Positions 58,933-64,000 of a stretch of 64,000 nucleotides of DNA are shown in pieces (the stretch's first letter is position 1; the number at the start of each line of letters is the position of its first letter). Location: the NCBI GenBank assembly GCA_963674595.2, contig CAXXFV010000006.1:160001-224000 (forward strand), in the 5' to 3' direction. This DNA is from a bacterium. Lineage in GTDB: Bacteria > Zhuqueibacterota > Zhuqueibacteria > Residuimicrobiales > Krinioviventaceae. Both the position numbers and the translations under genes were made by a program. A model generated the notes under the pieces. That model made no database searches. It saw only the letters and a program-made list of their open reading frames with translations, and was not told the origin of the DNA.

Positions 58933-60200
58933 ATGACTGACTGTATAACCCGAAGAGAGTTTATTGCCTCAGCAACTGCCGGAAGCGCCGGCCTGGCCCT
59001 GTCATGTGCTTCCACGCAGCCTGTATCCAGTTACAAACGTATCATCGGTGCAAATGACCGTATTTCCATAGGCATGATCGGCTGCGGCAGCCGGGCCCTT
59101 TATGGGCACATGCCCGGTGTGTATAAACATAATGAAACACAAAATATAGAATTTACCGCCTTGTGTGATCCCTGGTCTGTGGCACGCGACGAAGCAAATG
59201 CCCAGGTTAAAGAGTGGTATGGCCGCGATGCCCGTCAGGCGGTTTCCTACCGGCAATTACTGGAATTTAAAAACCTTGATGCGGTTATGATCGCTTCCTG
59301 CGACCATCAGCATACCACCCACTTACAGGCTGTTGCTCAGGCCGGACTTGATGTTTATGTTGAAAAACCTCTGGGAATGGAACTGGAACGGGCTAAAAAG
59401 GCTGTAAAAGCTGTTAAAGATGCAGGGATCATCTGTCAGGTGGGCACCCAGTTGCGGAGTATGGGGTCTTTTACCGGATGCCGTGATCTTTATAAAACCG
59501 GTATTCTCGGAACAGTCAGCCGGATTGAACAGTGCCGAAATGCCGAAAAACCCTATTGGTATAGTCGTTTAAAAGAAGTCAGAGAGCAGGATGTGGACTG
59601 GAAAGAGTTTCTCATGCACCGGACAATGCGTCCGTTTAATCCGGATGTCTATTCCGGCTGGTATGGCTATCGGGAATTTTCCGACGGCACCATACCCGGA
59701 TGGGGAAGTCATTACATCGATCTGGTGCACTATATCACCGGCGCTCAATTTCCGGATAGCTGCGTTTGCTCAGGAGGGACTTATACATGGCAAGACCAGT
59801 ACAACTTTACCTGTCCGGACCATGTTCAGGCACTGTGGACCTATCCGGAAGGGTTTATGGTGAGTTATTCGACAAACTGCGGCAACAGTTACGGTGATTC
59901 ATTTAAAATGTTCGGCGATCAGGGCGTGTTGAAACTGGACCACTGGAGCCAACCCGTTTTAACAGCAGAAGGAGGGAGCAAAAATAAAGGTGTTATTGGG
60001 GTGAAAACATTGTTGAAGAAGTGCCGCGACCGGACCATTTTCTGAACTGGCTGCAGTGTATCCGCAATCGTAAAACACCCCATGCGCCCATAGAAGCCGG
60101 TTATCAGCATGCTGTGACTGTGATTATGGCCATGCTGGCCTATGATAAAGGACGTAAGGTTTTCTACGATCCGATAAAGCAGAAATTCAATTTGAGCTAG
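58933..60200 (+). CDS. Tat-exported Gfo/Idh/MocA oxidoreductase (frameshift at ~59998-60001)
   Basis: TRREFI Tat motif, IIGANDRI, IGCGSR, VEKP and WGSHYID. One missing G restores GENIVEEVPRPDHFLNWLQCIR...FNLS*. Confidence 0.87.
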
Positions 60201-60211
60201 TTTATATATAA

Positions 60212-60242
60212 AAAAGCCCTGATAAAAATTTTCAGGACTTTT
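60212..60242. terminator. Probable bidirectional terminator between convergent genes
   Basis: AAAAGCCCTGA...TCAGGACTTTT (one mismatch), flanked by A and T tracts. Confidence 0.5.
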
Positions 60243-60270
60243 AATTTTTAATATAGCGTATTGTAAAAAA

Positions 60271-60693
60271 TCAGGATTCCGGAATAACCATAAAAGTTGC
60301 ACTATTGCGGGAAATATTTTTTCCTTTTTCGTTACGAACAATGGTGTCGACGATGATAAGACGGCGTCCTCTTTTAAATACTGTTGCTTCTGCGGTCAGT
60401 CGTCCTTCAGAAGCCATGGAAAGAAAATTGTTTTTAAGCTCAATGGTGGTGACCGTTTCTCCCGGAGAGAGTGTGGTCATAGCTGCATGGGCAGCCGTCT
60501 CGTCGGACAAGGCTACATAGAGACCACCCTGAACAACGCCTGCTTCCTGAAGAAATTCGGGACGAATGTCCATGCCGAAACGGGCATATCCTTCTTTGAG
60601 TTCTTCAACACAAATTCCCATAAAATCAAGAAAGGGATTGGCTACATTTTCCCCGGCCCTAAGTTTTTGTAAATATAAGCTAATATCAACCAT
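60271..60693 (-). CDS. PaaI family hotdog-fold thioesterase
   Basis: NPF...MGI, GVVQGG...LSD and TIELKNNFL...GRR motifs. Confidence 0.88.
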   Translation of the reverse strand: MVDISLYLQKLRAGENVANPFLDFMGICVEELKEGYARFGMDIRPEFLQEAGVVQGGLYVALSDETAAHAAMTTLSPGETVTTIELKNNFLSMASEGRLTAEATVFKRGRRLIIVDTIVRNEKGKNISRNSATFMVIPES

Positions 60694-60778
60694 CGTTTGT
60701 CTCCGTCTGTCTGTTTGTCAAAATACTGGTAGAAAAGATTGTAAGAGAAATTCAGAAAAATATATAAATCCATAACGA

Positions 60779-60811
60779 TTCTATAATACAGATTATAGAA
60801 AACCAAGGCAA
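60779..60811 (-). promoter_or_regulatory. Promoter of the thioesterase gene overlapped by a 22-bp inverted repeat
   Basis: Minus strand TTGCCT-17 nt-TATTAT (60811-60783); palindrome TTCTATAAT-acag-ATTATAGAA at 60779-60800. Confidence 0.55.
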
Positions 60812-60852
60812 GCTATTTTTTAGAGGAAAGGAAGGATTCACAAAATGATTTA

Positions 60853-60881
60853 TACAGGGATTAAAATTTCTAATCCCTGTA
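60853..60881 (-). terminator. Stem-loop downstream of the flavoprotein gene
   Basis: TACAGGGATTA-aaatttc-TAATCCCTGTA, an 11-bp stem; the U tract is weak. Confidence 0.55.
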
Positions 60882-60916
60882 AATAGCAAATAGAAAATAC
60901 TTGAAAGCTAAACGCT

Positions 60917-61759
60917 TTATTTGGCAATTTCAGTTTCAAATGAATTGAGGGGTTCGGCAAACATGGCGGAGAAAGCCTGCGGGCCAACCTTTTTTTTCAT
61001 GACAATTTTTATGATCTTAACCGGCAGTCTGCCAATAAATTTTTTAACAGGATTTATTTTAATCGGGTAAAAGAAATCGTTATTTAACCATCCTTTTTCT
61101 TTCCAATATTCATAGTCATAAGGCAATTTTTCACGATGGATAATAACTTTTGTTTTGAGTTTATTAAAAAATTGTAATGCCGGTACGGAAGGTTCGGGGG
61201 TTGTTTGAGAATTCAGACACTCTAAAAATTTTGAAACACTTTTTTCAACTTTGTGTAATACTTTATCACGATAAGGACCTTTCACTTTGAAAGCATCCGG
61301 GATGATTCCGATTTTATCAATGACATGAAATCCCCAACAGGTAATAGGGAAAGCCATATATTTCATGGTTTCTCCCATACCACTCAATTCTGTAGAACTG
61401 ATGATTAAAGCGGGTTTATTATGAAAAGCCGGACGATGCATGAGAAAAACAAAACGGTCGAAAAAGTTTTTTAGCACGGCTGAAACCTGATGTTCGTAGA
61501 CCGGTGAACAGAAAATCATGCCGTCTGCTGTAAGGATTTTATCTCTAATGATCGGGACATCATCTTTTATCGGGCATTTCTGTTCGCCTTTTTTCATACA
61601 AAGCATACACCCACGGCAAAATTCAATGTTATGCTCACGTAGAAAAATGTATTCAAATTGAATTTCATGCGGGGCCATTTGAGCTTCGATCTCTTTAACG
61701 AATTTTGATGTGTCACCGTTTTTCCTGGGACTTCCTGAAATGACGAATACTTTTTTCAT
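60917..61759 (-). CDS. Flavodoxin-like iron-sulfur flavoprotein (NAD(P)H:FMN reductase family)
   Basis: GSPRKNGDT, Cx2Cx2Cx7C (CRGCMLC...C), SPVY and LKNFFDR motifs. Confidence 0.87.
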   Translation of the reverse strand: MKKVFVISGSPRKNGDTSKFVKEIEAQMAPHEIQFEYIFLREHNIEFCRGCMLCMKKGEQKCPIKDDVPIIRDKILTADGMIFCSPVYEHQVSAVLKNFFDRFVFLMHRPAFHNKPALIISSTELSGMGETMKYMAFPITCWGFHVIDKIGIIPDAFKVKGPYRDKVLHKVEKSVSKFLECLNSQTTPEPSVPALQFFNKLKTKVIIHREKLPYDYEYWKEKGWLNNDFFYPIKINPVKKFIGRLPVKIIKIVMKKKVGPQAFSAMFAEPLNSFETEIAK

Positions 61760-61885
61760 GTTCCACCTTTGGCTTTAAACCGATTTTTTTCTGACTGGTA
61801 ATATTTTTTTTATTGGATTTAATTAGAATAATAAAGCTTTTTCTATTTTGTGGATTTGAAAAATGATTTTATTAATTATAACAAA

Positions 61886-63004
61886 TCAATTATTTATTTC
61901 CAATTCATATATTCTGTAACGCCGTGTTTGTTTAGCGCCCAGCTTTTTGATGGCGTTAACCATTGGTAGATTGTCTTCCAATACATAATTGATCTCCATC
62001 CAAAAGTCCTGAGTATAAAGCGATTCATGTAAGGCCCGGTATAGAAGACTGTCTATTGCCTTGCCCTGAAATTCCGGAATGACTCCCAGGGCAAACATAC
62101 GGTATCGTTTTAATCTGGGTATACCCCATAATAATTTAATGAATCCAAAAGGAAGCAATCGGCCATTCATTCCTTTTAATAAATGATTGATATCTGGTAA
62201 TGCGATGGCAAAACCAACAGGCCGTCCGTTTTTATCTTCAGCAAAAAGCACACCTTTAGGTTGAATGACTGCCTTTAAATCATGCGCCATGGTTTTTACT
62301 TCTTCTCCGGTTACAGGAGAGTAGCCCCAATTTTCAATAATACTGGCATTGGAAAGTTCCATGACTGTCTGTACTTCCTGATCGTATTGTTTCATATTAA
62401 TTTTCCGAATTCGAATACCGTATCTGTCGGCAACTGAGTTGGTCAGCTCTAAAATACGGTCCGGGATTTTGTAATCATCTTTTGCTGATATATTCCAGCA
62501 CAAAAGGTCCTTTGCTTTGTGCATGCCAAAATCAACAAGAAAATTATTGTAATATGAAGGATTATAAGGAGCCATCAGCACCGGTGAAGGTTCAAATCCT
62601 TCCAATACCATACCCCATTCCTGCGATACAAAACTCCAGGGTCCCCGGATTTTCGTGCATCCTGAGGCTTTTAACCAATCTTTTGCCGCCTCAAGTAGTA
62701 AATGTGCCGCTTTTTTATTTTGAATACATTCAAAGTAACCAAACAGGCCGATTGGTTCTTTCCAAAAGTCTATGGCCAGATTATCAATAAAGGCAGCAAT
62801 ACGACCAATAATTTTGCCATTATCTTTTAATAAAAAAAGCTGCCTTTTGCAATGTTTTAAAAAAGGATTGGACCCCGGATAAAACTGTTTTTTCTGTTCT
62901 GTTCGCAGGGGAGGGACCCACATTTTATCATTTTTGTAGAGTTTGTAGGGCAAGTCGATAAAGGCATGTAAATCACGATGTGAGTCTATTGGGAAAATAT
63001 CCAT
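61886..63004 (-). CDS. YghO-like GNAT N-acyltransferase
   Basis: FIDLPYKLY...WVPPL, NPF, GRIAA, FGYFEC, PYNPSYY, NWGY, LGV.PEFQGK and VLEDN motifs. Confidence 0.82.
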   Translation of the reverse strand: MDIFPIDSHRDLHAFIDLPYKLYKNDKMWVPPLRTEQKKQFYPGSNPFLKHCKRQLFLLKDNGKIIGRIAAFIDNLAIDFWKEPIGLFGYFECIQNKKAAHLLLEAAKDWLKASGCTKIRGPWSFVSQEWGMVLEGFEPSPVLMAPYNPSYYNNFLVDFGMHKAKDLLCWNISAKDDYKIPDRILELTNSVADRYGIRIRKINMKQYDQEVQTVMELSNASIIENWGYSPVTGEEVKTMAHDLKAVIQPKGVLFAEDKNGRPVGFAIALPDINHLLKGMNGRLLPFGFIKLLWGIPRLKRYRMFALGVIPEFQGKAIDSLLYRALHESLYTQDFWMEINYVLEDNLPMVNAIKKLGAKQTRRYRIYELEINN

Positions 63005-63152
63005 GGTTTTTTAGATTTCCTGAGTAATAGATTCAGTGTTGATGATAATACAATCAAACAGTCATTTTGTTATTCCCCTTTGGTTGATTTAATATAGTAA
63101 ATTTTGATAATATATCTAAAATAGTTTATCTATTTTTTTTAAGAATCGTAAA

Positions 63153-63998
63153 TTATATAATTTGGATATCTACTTTTTTTTGGGTTTTTTGACCGCTTAT
63201 TTTGTCTCTGACCTCTATAATAATTTCATAATTACCAGAATTTATATTTTGTGTGTCCAGATTATTGAATATTATTTCGTCTCTTATTCTACCCCGGGTT
63301 TCATAACTAAGGGCTATATTTTTTTTATTACTCTTAAAAAGTGATCGTAAAAAACCGGCTTTATCGTTTTTGTCTTTTGGTTGAATTGCATAGGTAATTT
63401 CATATTTTGTTGTTCCGCCTTGATTGTAAGCTAGGTTATATATTTCGAAATAGAGTCCAATAACTGCATTTTTATTAAAAGGAGAGAACATGTGCGGTTC
63501 ATAGGACAAATCACCTTTCCGAAAACGGGCCGTACTGTCGGAGGATTTAATTATATCTGAAACGAGGATATCACTTATTATGAGCTCATCTTGATGGTAA
63601 TTAACCAATTGTGTGGTGCCTTTGTAAGCACCCAATTTATCGGCTACTTTATCATGCAATTGAAACTCTATATGATACTTTCCTGGTAGTATGCTAACCT
63701 GTCTTTTCGCAATAAATGAACTCGAAAGCCACTCTGTTTTAGATAAATGACCCAATGCAATTCTTTCATCATTTTTTTCTTTGGTAATTTGATGCCATGT
63801 GCTGTCATAGATACCTAAAAAAGAGTCAAGTTCTAAGTAACTGCTTTTACCGGAGGTTTCTATTTGTGCCTGGTTCCCGTCAACACCATAATATACTTCA
63901 ACCAAAGTTTTTCTCTGCTTACCTTTAAAACATAGAATATTTAATGGAAATTTTAAAAGTTCTTTTTTTACTTTAAACTCTGTTGTTTCCTTATGCAG
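63153..63998 (-). CDS. C-terminal part of a large protein resembling GWxTD-domain proteins (5'-truncated by window edge)
   Basis: Frame is open to the window edge (LHKETTEF...FKGKQRKTLVEVYYG); ISDILV, LYFEIYNL and G.Y.I.I.V.D..SG Ig-like tail. The GWxTD motif itself is not in the window. Confidence 0.55.
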   Translation of the reverse strand: MHKETTEFKVKKELLKFPLNILCFKGKQRKTLVEVYYGVDGNQAQIETSGKSSYLELDSFLGIYDSTWHQITKEKNDERIALGHLSKTEWLSSSFIAKRQVSILPGKYHIEFQLHDKVADKLGAYKGTTQLVNYHQDELIISDILVSDIIKSSDSTARFRKGDLSYEPHMFSPFNKNAVIGLYFEIYNLAYNQGGTTKYEITYAIQPKDKNDKAGFLRSLFKSNKKNIALSYETRGRIRDEIIFNNLDTQNINSGNYEIIIEVRDKISGQKTQKKVDIQII

Positions 63999-64000
63999 CC

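Noticed and set aside
36479-60001. Programmed frameshifting or selenocysteine read-through at the split genes
   Set aside because: Repairs need frame changes in both directions at unrelated short homopolymers. No shared slippery motif or SECIS-like hairpin was seen.
33805-60270. Accessory region as a mobile genomic island
   Set aside because: No integrase, transposase, tRNA target or flanking direct repeats were found, so mobility cannot be supported from this window.

Overview
AT-rich bacterial chromosome segment, most likely from the FCB superphylum (KSB1/Calditrichota-like). This is inferred from PorV-like barrels, a PNPFNP-type secretion C-terminal domain, DUF3467 and gene order. 1-19 kb is housekeeping: mutS (partial), yicC-gmk-rpoZ-coaBC, a degenerate family-4 UDG, dnaB, rel, HU/IHF, yqgF, lnt, bamD and nadD, then a tightly packed GT4-Crp-CYTH-prs string. 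19-24 kb holds an operon of a stand-alone corrinoid protein, GHMP kinase, HAD phosphatase and RifK-like aminotransferase, followed by a Gfo/Idh/MocA dehydrogenase. 25.7-33.8 kb encodes a ~2700-aa secreted SGNH/FN3/CBM/Ig-repeat protein behind a sigma54-like promoter. 34-60 kb is an accessory carbohydrate region. Its core is a ~19-kb minus-strand operon where five URO-D/MtaA-like proteins are interleaved with GH2, GH57-like, DUF5703/GH95-like and a tandemly duplicated GH141-like beta-helix enzyme plus a sodium:solute symporter; a sugar kinase-GH4 pair lies upstream. This is the best candidate for an undescribed system, with B12-dependent O-demethylation of methylated glycans as the working hypothesis. 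Eight genes between 36 and 60 kb each carry one homopolymer indel, probably sequencing error. I saw no rRNA, tRNA, CRISPR array or mobile element. All family calls come from motif recognition by eye; no searches were run.
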